64,000 nucleotides of DNA, from the NCBI RefSeq assembly GCF_001194135.2, contig NC_069000.1:33699201-33763200 (forward strand), read 5' to 3'. Shown here piece by piece: positions 25,936 through 39,106 of the stretch. Both the position numbers and the translations under genes were made by a program. Positions within the stretch are counted from its first letter, which is position 1. The number at the start of each line of letters is the position of its first letter. The notes beneath the pieces are model-generated. The model did not search any database, was not told where the DNA came from, and saw nothing but the letters and a program-made list of their open reading frames with translations. The stretch comes from Octopus bimaculoides (taxonomy: Eukaryota).

Positions 25936-26040
25936 AATGTCGTGGTCAGCGATCTATCATGGCCATACATACATATATGTATGTATGTATATATATATGT
26001 GCGTGTGTGTTTATGTATTTACACATACATACATGCGAAC

Positions 26041-26500
26041 ATATAAGCCTTCGACAGAAATAAGAAGGCTTTACTATCCGCGTGGGACTCGAACCCACAT
26101 CTATTTCTTAACGCGACTAAGTGTGTTACTTTTACACCAGAGAATTAGTCTCCTCGTTTCTGTCAACTTTAAGAACTGTATTAGTTCGTATTTGTTTTTA
26201 TGTAAACAAACTTTCTATATGCTTTCGGTGCGAATGGTTTTTTATACGGCGCTGTGTTTCACATTCCTGTAAATAATAATGATGGTATTTTTATATAAGC
26301 TTTAAGTCACGTGAACAAAGGGATATGGGTTCGAGTCCCACGCGGATAAGAAAGCCTTTTTTCTGTCGAGGCCTTATATGCTCCTTTATTATACTATTTT
26401 CCTTAGAGATTGCTAGCTATAAGCTTATATAAAAATACCATTATTATTATATACATGATTGTAAAATACAGTACCGTATAAAAAATAATTCGCACCGAAA
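26041..26500. repeat. Two opposite-orientation, circularly permuted copies of a tRNA-like repeat
   Basis: 26041-26120 pairs with 26303-26380; 26223-26302 pairs with 26421-26500; contains GGGTTCGAGTCCCAC. Confidence 0.75.
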
Positions 26501-26599
26501 TACATGCATACATACATGCGTAAACACACACACACACGTGTGTGTGTGTGTGTGTGTAGTACTGTTTCTATTCATCAAAGTGAATGGAGCTTTGGTCAT

Positions 26600-27260
26600 G
26601 AAGAACTGACGTCATCAGGTGGTATCCAATATTCATCGGGTGTTTCGATCCTGAACCGTAACCCCCAACAGTTGGTGGGTCAGTCCATGTTGCCCAAGTC
26701 ACTGCTCCTCATTTCGTCCTGGTTTTCAGATTTACTCTTCTGTCTTGCTCCAAAGCCAACAAGAGGCTCTTTCGACAGCCTCTCCCGTCCTGCGCACTGC
26801 CACCCCTCACTTCTTACCTCTCATCCCCATGCCGACTGAGCAGGGAATCCCCTACAACCAGCCTCGACTGGGAAAAGTCATACCTGCCATCCCTTTCCCC
26901 CACAACCTTGCAGAAGGCTCTCATATTTGGCAGGCTTCCGTTCATGGGCCTCATCACACCTCTCTTCCCACTGGACTGTGAGTTCAAATATGATAATTTT
27001 CTTGACCTTTTCGAACTACAGGACCATATCTGGCCTCAGGGTTGTATGAACAACCTGGGGAAACTGCAATTTCTCCTCTAACTCCATATTCATATCCCAT
27101 GGTTGAGATCCATGCAGCAAGTTATGTATTGTTTTTGCTAACCATACTGATCTCTCTCCCTCTTTCACGAACTTAATGGCTGCTGCTGCCTCCCCGCACC
27201 CTGGTGATGATGTTTCGTGTACCTGTCCTGCTGCAGAATGTGAGCAGCACCCAATCATGT
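26600..27260 (-). mobile_element. HERO-clade-like non-LTR retrotransposon 3' end (restriction-like endonuclease)
   Basis: LRPDMVL*...IIIFELTVQWEERCDEAHERKPAKY...FPVEAGCRGFPAQS. Confidence 0.75.
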
Positions 27261-27344
27261 ATAATCCGTATTTTATTAGTAGAAGAAAAGAAATTTAATT
27301 ATATATTAATAAATTAATAATTCTTACTTATATATATATATATG

Positions 27345-27388
<44 letters not shown>

Positions 27389-27397
27389 CATATATAC

Positions 27398-27448
<51 letters not shown>

Positions 27449-27479
27449 CATGTATGTAGTATGTATGTATAGATGGATA

Positions 27480-27715
27480 TATGTGGTTCCCTGGCGACGG
27501 CTGGAGGCGGTGTCGCTGTTGTTGCTGTTGGTGGTGATGGTGTTGATGTTTGGGTTGGTTTCTGCTGTTGCTCTACTGGAGGTGCCCTCGGTTCTGGTGT
27601 CGGTAGTAGGGTCCGATGCACCTCCTTGCATTTCGGGCAGTCGACCTTGACATGCTGATCGTTTCCACAATAATAGCACCTCGGTCTCCTGCCTTCTATA
27701 GGTAGAGGCGGTCTA
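27480..27715 (-). mobile_element. Retroelement ORF1/gag fragment with CCHC zinc knuckle
   Basis: [20 protein letters not shown] (Cx2Cx4Hx4C) followed by a Pro/Thr-rich tail; flanked by microsatellites. Confidence 0.7.
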
Positions 27716-27974
27716 CTTCACTGTTTGTGGAAATTATGAGTGCTTGTTAGTATTTTTCGAGTTTTCACATCAATGGCTCAGATCTCAAGTGTTTAATCAA
27801 GTAGCCTAAATGTTGGTATGAGTATTGTCACCACAAACACATTGTGGGCCACTGTTTTATTGAATGCAGTCAATATGACTATTGACTGTAATTCAGACTC
27901 TCACAACTAGAATCCACTAGTTGCAACTCTCCGAAATCATTCTGCCGATCGGCGTTGTCCTGTGGCGTCCTACT

Positions 27975-28425
27975 GTTACGTGGTGCGTCTTTGTGTTGCA
28001 GTGCTTCTCCTCTGTTCACCGACTTTTTAGTTGGCTTAAACGAAGGAACAGTGAAATTATGTTTTCTGCGGTGGAAAACGGCGGCCGAAACAGTTGTCAT
28101 GCTTCAGACAGCTTACAAGGACGGTGCCATAAGCAAATCACAAGTTTACGCGTCGTTTTCACGATGTAGGAATGTTCACTTGTCGCTTGAAGACCAACCA
28201 CTTTAGGGCGACCATCGACCTTCTGAACGAAAGAAAGCATTATGAAAATTCATGAACTGATCTTGGAGAACCGTCACCGAACAGTTGACGGACTTCTTAA
28301 TGTAACTAGTGTGTCCTGGAGCTCCTGCCGAGGAATTTTGACTGAAGAATTGCGAATGGAAAGAACTGTAGCAAAATTAGTGCCTCGCTTGCTCAGGGAA
28401 GATCAAAAGCAGTCACGACTGAAAT
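27975..28425 (+). mobile_element. Decayed mariner transposase N-terminal half
   Basis: MLQTAYKDGAISKSQVY...SLEDQPL*GRPST...KIHELILENR...AKLVPRLL (WVPHxL-like linker). Confidence 0.85.
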
Positions 28426-29709
28426 ATTTCATACACCTATACAAACCCTGAGGAAAAAAAGGCGGATAAAATACGGAAGAAGATCTGAAGTGGAAGAAGA
28501 TCTGAAATCTCACTTTGAAGTTACATGTGCCCACTTGGAAAGCGCTATTCTCATGTTGAAGTTGTGTGCTTTCTAATAAATTAAAAATATTGCACTTGTC
28601 GCTCATATATAAAGGAATTTACGAGGGTAGAAAATGAAGGCAGCAAAAATTGGCAAGTGATTTCTTCATTCTTGGAGCCAATCAAGTATTGAGTATAATT
28701 GTTAATTATTCTTAATTGCATTAAGTGTTATTCATATCAACTTAAAATAATACGTATTGACTTATATTGTTATATACTATAATTTTAAACTTCATTAATT
28801 TTGATTCATATTGTATACAATTGAATCAGACCATCAAGAAATAATTTTCAACAATTTCTGCTTTGGAGCGTTAACTATTTTATCAGAAAAGAGATAGTGA
28901 CAGAGAGTAATGTAGTCTGACGAATATTTTTTTGTTTTTTAGAAAAGACTGAATGGTTACGGTTGGACCGTCTATTGCCATAAGTTTTCTCAATTTGGGC
29001 TGACCATGGATTAAACGTATTATCTTTTATATTAAAATTTTCGATATAAATTACACTTGCATAAAATTGAAAGTTGAATCGGGGCGGCAAATTATTTTGT
29101 AAAGTGTTTTATTCAAACCGTTATGACTGGAAATTATAGGTCTGAACCATAAGGTATCTTCATTAGGTGCAATAATGGGTGGGATGGGGAAATAAAAAAA
29201 TAGAAGTTCGTTTCGCAACCAAGTGGTTTCGGGTTCAGTCTCATTGTGCGACACTTGTATAGCCCCGGGCCTAGCAATGATTTGTGAGAGAATTTGGTAG
29301 ACAGAAACTGATTAAAGCCCTTCATGTATCTATACCTATAAATCTGTCTAAATCTATGTGTGTGTGTGTGTGTTGCTGTCCTTTTGTTTCTCTGCACACT
29401 CCTTCACAACTTGTATTCTTAAACTTAGCGCTTCACTATAAAAGACCGATAGAATAAGTATCGGACTAAGAAAAATATACCTGGGGTTGATTTGATCGAC
29501 TAAACCCAGCAAGATACAGCTACAGTCCAATGAAAGAAGGAAGTAAAAGAATAAAAGAACAAATCATAAATAGACCGGGAAGTCGTTGAAACTGAAAATA
29601 TCGCATTTCTATTTGTAGTGGCTTCCATAGATTTTCTTTTTACTATATATCCTCTGGCGTTGTCCACTGGTTCATATAGATCTGCCGACTCTTTTCTTGA
29701 TTAATTACG

Positions 29710-29793
29710 ATGGCGAACATAATAATCCCTGGACTGCCTTTTTGGACTGCTCCGGAACCGGCTACCGATGAGGTTCAACAAATATGCAATGAC
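29710..29793 (+). CDS. Stefin C exon 1 (coding part)
   Basis: EPATDEVQQICND|gtgagt; upstream region homologous to genes B and D. Confidence 0.88.
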
Positions 29794-30205
29794 GTGAGTT
29801 TTTTTTTTTTTTAATTCTATTTTCCTTAATTTCATTTCATTATAATTTGTCTTGTTTAATTTTCGAAAGTTAGCATTGATAGTGCAAATACGACCACTCC
29901 GCCTGCTATTATATGAATTGTTTCTGTTTTTAGGCTCCAGATTTGCCTGAATATTTTTTTTATCATACCTAATGCACCCACTATAATAGGAATTGCTTCT
30001 ATTTTTAAACTTCAGATTCAAGTTACCTCTATTTCCAGATTTTTGTACTTTGAAAGTTTATCTTCGTTATTATTATTTGCCTGAATATTTTTTATCATAC
30101 CTCAATGTGTCCACTGTGATAGGAATTGTTTCTGTTTTTAGACTCGACATTCGAGTTACCTCTATTTCCAGATTTTTGTACTTTGAAAGTTTATCTTTGT
30201 TGTTG

Positions 30206-30242
<37 letters not shown>

Positions 30243-33200
30243 GTAGTCTTATTTTTATCACGTGCTTTCACTGCACTATGTCGTGTCTGTGAATATATTT
30301 CTTCTTAGCCAGGACTGGACAGCCAGAAACAATATGATTTATTGTTTCTTCTCCATCTACACATATTCTGCATTTACTTGTATTTCTTTCCATTACGTAT
30401 TTTTTTTTATGATTTCAGGTGGGGAAGTCTTTGATCTTGCGCTGCAATTAAAAATCTTTCAGTCTCTGCTTTGAGTCCTGAGATCTCAATTATTGTTGGG
30501 ATCTTGCTTTGTCCATTTCTTTTCTGTTTAGTTTAACCCAGTATTTGCCATGAAAGGGTTTTTCTTACCATAGTTTTATCATGATCCGTTGCTGTTCCAG
30601 TTTTAGTTTGGATTTCAGTTGTTTTATAGCTTTTGTTGTTTCTTCTTTTTCCTCATAGTTGTTAGGTACTATGACTTCTTTTTTGTATTTGTCACCTTGC
30701 TTAAAGACTGAAAACATTTATTTGTTTTGTTCGTATTTTGTGGCTATTTGTATTAATTTTCTTTGTTTCTGAAGTAAGTATTTTTGTAGTCCTATGGTGG
30801 TTATTTTGTAATAGTCTTCTAGCTGTATAAGGCCTCTATCGCCTTCGATACGTTGTATATATAGTCTTTCTCGGTTAGATTTTGGGTGGTGCATCCTAAA
30901 TCCTGTCATTTTTCTTGTTTTCTTCTCTATATTGATTACTTCTTTTACAGTCTTGTTAAGAATATTATAGCTGTAACTCATACCCGGAAGGCTAGTGTGT
31001 TGCATTGTATCAATTTCATTGATTCCTAAGTACTTGCATGTCTGGCTTTATTCAATTATTCAATTTTGTGACGAGAAAGTAGCATTATATAGGCTTCCAA
31101 ACGTTGCTGTTTCTGATTTTCATTGAGTTCATGTGAAACCCACTTGTCCAACTTTTTCACTTTACCGTGTTTGCTTGCTAACACCAAACAACAACACTTT
31201 GAGATAGATCTGGTTCGATGATGGCTTTCAGTTCGTTATTATCCCCCATTCGTTTCTGGTCGACCGCGTTGCTCATTTGTGAGGACATAGTTACCAGAAC
31301 GAAATTTTGCAAGCCAAAATGAAACTGACTACTGTGTTATAACATTAGAGTGAAATACTACACTAATATTTCGAGCTGTCTGTGATGCTGTATTTCCTAG
31401 AAAGAACTCATATTTCAAAACTGTACGAATTTACGACTTATCCATCTCTAAAGAAAAATAGCAAAAACGATTTATAAATACTTTATGAAGTGCAAAATGA
31501 GTTAGAATAAAGAAATAGTTGTGTTAGCTTTCTAACAAAAAATAAAGATTGTCAAAATATAATAATGATGCAAAATGAGCAGCTGTCAAAGTTTACAACA
31601 TACCTTACTACAAATTTCATACCTGACGACCTAATATCATAAATCGAAAGGCATAAATATATACATCACTAAAGTGACTAGTCAGCACCAGAATTGCTAG
31701 AAAGAAGAGTTAAAACAACTCATAGTTACGGGAAGCACTTTATCTTAAGGAACTGACAAGAGAGGCAAGCTCGCGCAGCATCCAAGCATACCCAGATCAC
31801 AGTGATTTCGTCTTTTTATTAATGCTCCTTAGTGATTCTCCATCTAACACATTGGTTAAACTCAGCTCGCCTTATCTGTATATAGGATTATCGTAGAAAT
31901 AATACGCTGATTTCCTAAACGTTTAAAGTGAAAATTATAAATCGTAAGTGTGGTTCATTAGCAATTTTACAACCGAAATGCAGAAATATATACGTCACTA
32001 AAATGACAAAAGACACTAGTGAGCCCCAGCATCGTTAGAAATAAGACTAAAACAGCTTATAGCCTTGGGAAAAACTTTCTCTCAATGAACTGACAAGGGA
32101 GGTAAGCTCACCAGCGCCCATGCTTCCCAGTGACTCTCACCTTGTGCCTTAGGTTAAACTCAACTTGCCTAGTCAGTATATAAGATTATTGTAGAAATCA
32201 CACGCTGATTTCCGGATCGTTGTGGTTATCGTCACTGCAGGTTGGAATCTTTATAAAACTCTTTTAATGTATCATATGGATGTAATTTTGGAGCTGAATC
32301 CGTGTTTGTTATTCATTTATTCCGGGCGTTCAAAATTTGATAATTTTCAAAATTTTCAGTCAGTCAAAAAAGAGCGCGTTCGCTGTCTCTTCCATCATCA
32401 AGGGGAGAGGGTCATCGGCATGTCAAAACAAACTAGATACAGTAAACAGTAAAAAGTGTTAAAACATACGCGAGCAAATTACATATTTAAAAGCTACGAA
32501 GAAACCAACAGGAGTGGCTAGAAATAACAGTCAAAAAAATTCCTGAAAACAGACAATTATTAGTTTAAAAAATTCAAGAACAAAAGTTTGCAATACATTC
32601 TAGGATTTTATAAAATAAATTATCTTTCTAATATCTCCTTCTTCACATAAATTCACAAAGAGTCAACAATGGAAGGGTTGAATTCCTTCTGTTATGAAAA
32701 CAAACAATTATAGAACACGTGGTGGTTACACTCCTTGTGCGCATGCGCAGTTTATTTGGTTACTATGGAAACAGAGTTCTTCGCAATCAGCTATGGAGCA
32801 CATGGTGCTTCTTTGCTTTGGGTACGGTGGAAACAGCTCCTCGCCACGGTGTATAAAATACTCGCTTCTGCCTGGCTAAAATAACCAAATTTTGCGAATT
32901 TCTGATTATGGATTTATAGGATAAAATTAGTTTCATTTTCATAATTAGTATGCAAAACTTAATCCATATACCAATTTTGAAAACGATTGGAGTAAAATTG
33001 TAGACCGTGACGGAAACCACAAAGATCCTGATTTCTTGGGTTGTTTATTAACAATTTTACAACTGAAATGCAGAGATATATACGTCACTAGTCAGCACCA
33101 GTATGGCTAAAAATAACAGTTAAAACAACTCGTAGTCGCGAGAAGCACTTTATCTTAATGAACTGACAAGAGAGGCAAGCTCATGCAGCACCTAGACATA

Positions 33201-36200
33201 GCTAGATCACAATGATTTCGCATTTTTATTAAGGCTTCATGGTGGTAAATAAACCACCATTATTATTTGTAATTTTGACTTTTGACTGAAAGGCGAGTTG
33301 AGTTTACTCAAGGCGCTAGGTGAGAGTCACTCAGGAACATTAATAAAATTGCGAAAACACTATGCCTGGACGCTGAGGAAGCTGGCCTCTTTAAGATAAA
33401 GTGCTTCTCATTAAGATAAAGTGCTTCTTGTGGCTATGAGTTGTTTTAACACTTATTTCTAGCAATACTGGTGCTGACTAGTACTCTTAGTCACTTCAGG
33501 GACGTAATACGCACGCGCACGCACACACACACACACACACACATATTTGTATGTATGTATACATATTGTATATATATCCCCAAATAAGATCATTCTAAAT
33601 ACACTATCCCTCTCATTCAATTGAGAGAAATTTATACACACGATACCCGTAGAATAGCCTCATTAGCTCGTAATCAGCAAGTTCATGAAGGAACTTTTAC
33701 ATTGCCACTTAGACCTTGTACCAAAATTTGAAACTATTCTTATACTGTGAAAGTTATAAATAATATGCCATTTGTTTCAGCCGTAAATCTTTTATATGAG
33801 CGAGTAGATTTTAGCTAATCACCTAAACTGTTCTAATTAACAAGTTTCAATTTTAAAAAAACCTCAAAAGCAAAGAAAAAATATCAACAACGATAAGACT
33901 CCTTTCAATCTTAAAATGAGGAGACTTCATAGTTTCAGTCTTAAATTTTAATAAATATGATTGCTTGAAAAATGTCAGACTATTGAACTGTAAACTGAAT
34001 AAGAGGATTAAATAAAATAAATAAATCTATGAATAATTAAATAAATAAAACACAGAAAATAGATTATTCAAATTGGTCTTGTCTGCATCCCCCCCCCCAC
34101 TTGTTATACATGTCACACTTCTTCCCAAGCACACATGTGTCTATTCTGTCATTCAAAAGTCTTCTTTTTCATTCACATCTGTCCTTTTTGTTTCAGGTTA
34201 TTTAGCATCAATTTCTATATGACGACAACTAAATCTCCTTACGCAATAAAGATTATTACGTAGACATAACTCCACGCACCTTCTCTTTCCATTTATAATT
34301 TATCACTTTCTTGGTTTTATTCTAAAGGGGCGAATAGTTTCTAATGTGAGGGGATACAGTTCAGAATGGGAAAATATGGCGCAGCTGTTTGTACGCTGAC
34401 GATTAGGCACGGATGACTGGATATTCACTATGGTTTGACAGAGAGTACTTCTTGTCACAGGAAACACACACATACACACACGCACAAACAAACGCTCACA
34501 TATATATGCGCGTGCGCGTGTGTGTAGAATGATTCACATACAGATAGTAATGATGAAAGAGAAAAAAGAAAGAGGAGGTGAGAAGGGAAGAGAGAGAAAC
34601 TTAAGAATTTATTGATTAAACATTATTCGTATAAACATTTTTCCCTCTCCTCATTCACATAGAGAAATATAATTAGACACATAAACCGAGAGAGGGGGGA
34701 AATAGAGAGAACGAGAGAAACATTTAAATGTCTGACATCAAGTAAGTTAGCGTCGAATAAGTGACACCAAATAGGCAGCGCCGTAACGTCCCATAGCTAA
34801 TACAGTTGTATTATATTTGTACTTTTCTCCTGACGTTATCAATATAATTATTTTTATTGTTATTTTATTCTAAAACTATAAATATTATCATTGGCTTTGA
34901 GAAAAAGCAGGAAATTGAAAACATATTGGGGAGAAATTCGGAAACATTTGTCGCTCTGCTGCACAGGAGGGAAATTATGTGCGGTTCAACCAATTATGTG
35001 GTAAAGGTAACTGTTATGTATCTTTATATATTTATTCCATAAATATTTATATTTTATTGATTTGGTTTACTTGTATTTTTTTATTTTTGCAATCTTTTCT
35101 TCATTTAACATCTCGTCTTTCATCCATCCATTTCTCTGTTCGTCTGTCCGTCCGGCTGCGCTGGTAAAAAGTTTGCTGCCCGACTGCATGGGTTTAGGTT
35201 CAGTCCCACAGCGCAGCACTTGGGATAAGGGTCTTCTACCAAGGATCTAGAACCCACCAGGTCTTCCAAAGACTTAGTAGATGGAAACTGACAAGCAGTT
35301 GCTTGTTGTGTAGCATTCATTTTGCTGTTTGTTCAAATTCATTCTACTGTACAAGTCTGGAAATGCCACAATAATGCAACCAACGATAAAATCGTAAAAG
35401 TTCTTCAGAAAATAAGCGGAAATCTTACTATTTGGGGAGAAAAATCAATGGATCACATGTCTTTAAACAAAACATCACTGAGGACGAAAATAAGTCAACT
35501 AACAATGAAGAGTCAGTATCAATTTACAAAGACTAAGTAATGTATTGGAGAAAAAATAACCTTCAGGATGGAGACGGATTCTTCAAATAGCAAAAGAAGT
35601 AATAACTTCCCTGATTGAATATATTCAATCAAATACAAAATGGGACACTTCTGGAAGAAGCAGCTAATGACTAGGAAGTTCGTCTGTTGGAACATGGTAA
35701 AAAACAACAAAGCTGACATTTATGAAAAATGGATGAACATCTAAGTAGATTTTCCTCATAAGTTACAAATAAAAAATATAACTGGAGAACCAGAACAACA
35801 ACGAAGACTACAGGTGCAAATGTCTTTAATGAAAATGTATAAGGAAATACAACCTCTTAAATAAAAAGATGAGATTATGAAAACCACTAGGAAAAAATTG
35901 ATCAACAAATGGAAGAAGAGTGTACCAAAAACGCCGAATGTTTGACTTACAAAATATTTTGAAACTTTGGAACGATAAGAAAAATAATTGTGAAATGGTG
36001 GAACTCGTGTCCCTCCAATGATGGGCGAGAAATGATAATTGGCTCCTACATATTAATGGGGAGTTTAAGAACTCTGGTAGAACAATCATACATAAGCTCA
36101 ATATATCAAAAGACGAAATTTGACCATATAGAAAAATCCAGAAAGAATAGGAATGGAAAAGTCACACCAAAAGCCATAACACTAACAATTTATTTCTCCA

Positions 36201-39039
36201 ACAAATTAAATCTCCTGGAACCTGCAAGGAATAATCACGGAACAGGAATCATCTGAATCCTTGAAGGTATATAACTTATGAAATGAAATCCTAGATGAAC
36301 CCCAAAACATGAAATACAAAATATAAAATTTTTTAACAGGAAGATTCGTACCAGTTATTACTTTGGACAAATATTTGCTATGAAACATGGGATAGATTCG
36401 GTAAATCAATTCAAAATAGGTGAGCAAAAGAAAATCCTTTTTTAAATTTTTTTTTGTTCATTCGTTTTTCTTGGTATAGTGTTTACAGCCCACAATTCAA
36501 GATATTAATTTCCCTAAGCCTCACGCATCCACTGGAACAGGTAAGTTGTGACGTGGCAGCACCTAACTGGGAGCTGCCCAGCTTGAGGCGGACGGTAACT
36601 GTCCAGTGAGGCTCAGTGGCCTCCCCCTCCATCGAAAGTAGCCCCTGGCGCCTTGCTCTTACGTCAATTATGTGCAGGATTAAAACCGGTAGACTACTGG
36701 TTTCCGTGTTTTAACACTGCGGTTAGACGGACCTGAGCAGTTTTTCCATGGGAGATCGGCAGTCGCCCATGCAACACGTCTTCCCTCTCCACCGCCACCA
36801 ATGTTACCCAAGGGAAAAGCTGGGAACCAGTACGACTTGGCACAATTGGAGCCACAGGAGTTGCCAGAACGAGGTTGTCTACAGTATCGAACTGCTTTGG
36901 GGACTCCGGCTCCGGTTTATTTTAGATCCCTCTGCTGTAGAATTAAGCAGCCATCTAGATATTTTTTCCAGTTTTCTCTTAGATATGCGTAGGATGTTTC
37001 TCCAAATATATTTGTAGGTTCTTCAAATATTATCTATGTTGACGTATGTAGGAGCGTTCTGGTTCCCATCGCACTCCTTCAAATTTGACGGAACGTTGAA
37101 TCATCAAAGTGAGGTACAAGTGAAAATCTCCGAAAATCCACCCTCCCAGGAATGATAAATAATATCACAGAGCTCAGCCTAGAACTTAGACAAACCGGAC
37201 AATTTCTGACAGTGACGATGAATCACTAGTAAAGAATAAAAGCAAACTCTGTCCGAAAAAAGGAAAGAGTAAAACCATTGATACTTCCCGTAAATTCATT
37301 ACGATTAAAGAAGACGGTGTTGTTCTCATGAATACAAAATATTACAAAGAAGTGATACTTGAGATCTTGGGAAATGATAACTAGTATTAAAAACATCATA
37401 CAACAATAAACAATTGACGGTAATGCGAAATCTATTCACTTCATTAAATAAATAGCGTAAATGTTTGACACTTAAAGTATTTGATTGAATAAGCATTTTC
37501 AGGGGAAAGCTAGTAATTTCTATGTTCTACTCCAAATTCACAAACATAAAGCTATATGTGACGCTTGTAAAAGCTCTAAATTCAAGAATAGCAAAATATC
37601 AGCTCCAAACGATTTGAAGCTCAGATCAAACGACTCTTTCGCGATATTACTAAAACTTTGCTGAACGCACATACAGTAATTTATCTGGAGCTACTTATTT
37701 AATTATCAAACACGATGAGTCAGAATACAATTATACTTTCTTTTGATGTTATTAATCTATACAACAGGGTTACCCATTATTATGAAACCACTACATTAAA
37801 CATATTGTTTAGATCCATACCCTGTTCATTTACCAGACCGCATTGCAAAAGCAATTTATTACGGAATGTTTCAGTCTCGTACTACCAAATAATTACTTCC
37901 CATCTGATGATTCAACGTACCGTCAAATTTGAAGGACAGCGATGGGAACAAAAGTTGCTCCTACATATGCCAACCTAGATAATATTCGAAGAATCTACGA
38001 ATAAGTTTGGAGACACATTCTGCACATATATAACAAAATAACTGGAAAAGATATCTAGATGACTGCTTAATTCCATAACAGAGGGATCTAAATTAACAAA
38101 TAAAATTTAAGAACTAAACAAATAATATTAACGAGAATAATCAGTTTTCGATGGAATTTAATCGGAAAGAATTACCATTTCTATACATTTTAATCATGTA
38201 TAAAGATAAGTATATGTAGTAAGTATATCATGTCATAGTGATTAGTAGAAGGATACGCTTAAGTAGAAACATATTCATTAGAAAGCCATGGATTGCAAAC
38301 AAGACCTATTCACACCATGAGATCCTACACATAGAGAAGGATATATTCTCATCAAGTTAGCAAAGTGATTCACACAATACTGTCAAACATTACAATACAT
38401 GGTCAAAGATTGGAAGAATTAAAAAAAGAAAACTAATGCAAAAAGCTTTGTCATTCAACATTTTTTAAATGGAATAAAAAGGGTGCAATGTTGAGATCCC
38501 TATGATTTCAAAAACAAAGAGTAAAACCCAAAATATTTTTTTAATTGTCTCTATTTTTTAAAAATTATGTCTCTACTTTTTAAGAAATAATGAAATAATG
38601 AAATATCTAACCCCTATTCAAGGTCACTTCTTTCATGTCGTAAAGAGAGAGGATGACATTTGAGAGAGAAAATGATAACAGATTCACTGAATGTACTTAG
38701 CAATTTTCGTAGAGTGTATAAACAAATATATAGACGCATACACACATGCACACGTACACATACATACACAAAACACAGTTTCCATGAACCAGGTTCACTC
38801 ACAAGGTTACCCTCGTCTTGGAACTATAGTAGAAAGCACTTCCTCAAATTTCTATGATGGGGGACCGAACCCAAAACCTGATGGATAGAAAGAAAACATC
38901 TTAACCACATAGCCATATCTGTATAGAGTTTCTGTCTGAAAAATCCACTCACAAGGCTTTGGCTGTCCCAAAGCTATAATATATAAACATACCGACAATG
39001 CTACACACACACACGCATGAACACACACCCATACACTCA

Positions 39040-39106
<67 letters not shown>

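Noticed and set aside
34197-34262. Strong polypyrimidine/AG acceptor in stefin C intron 1
   Set aside because: No convincing donor or conserved frame, and no matching exon in the paralogues.
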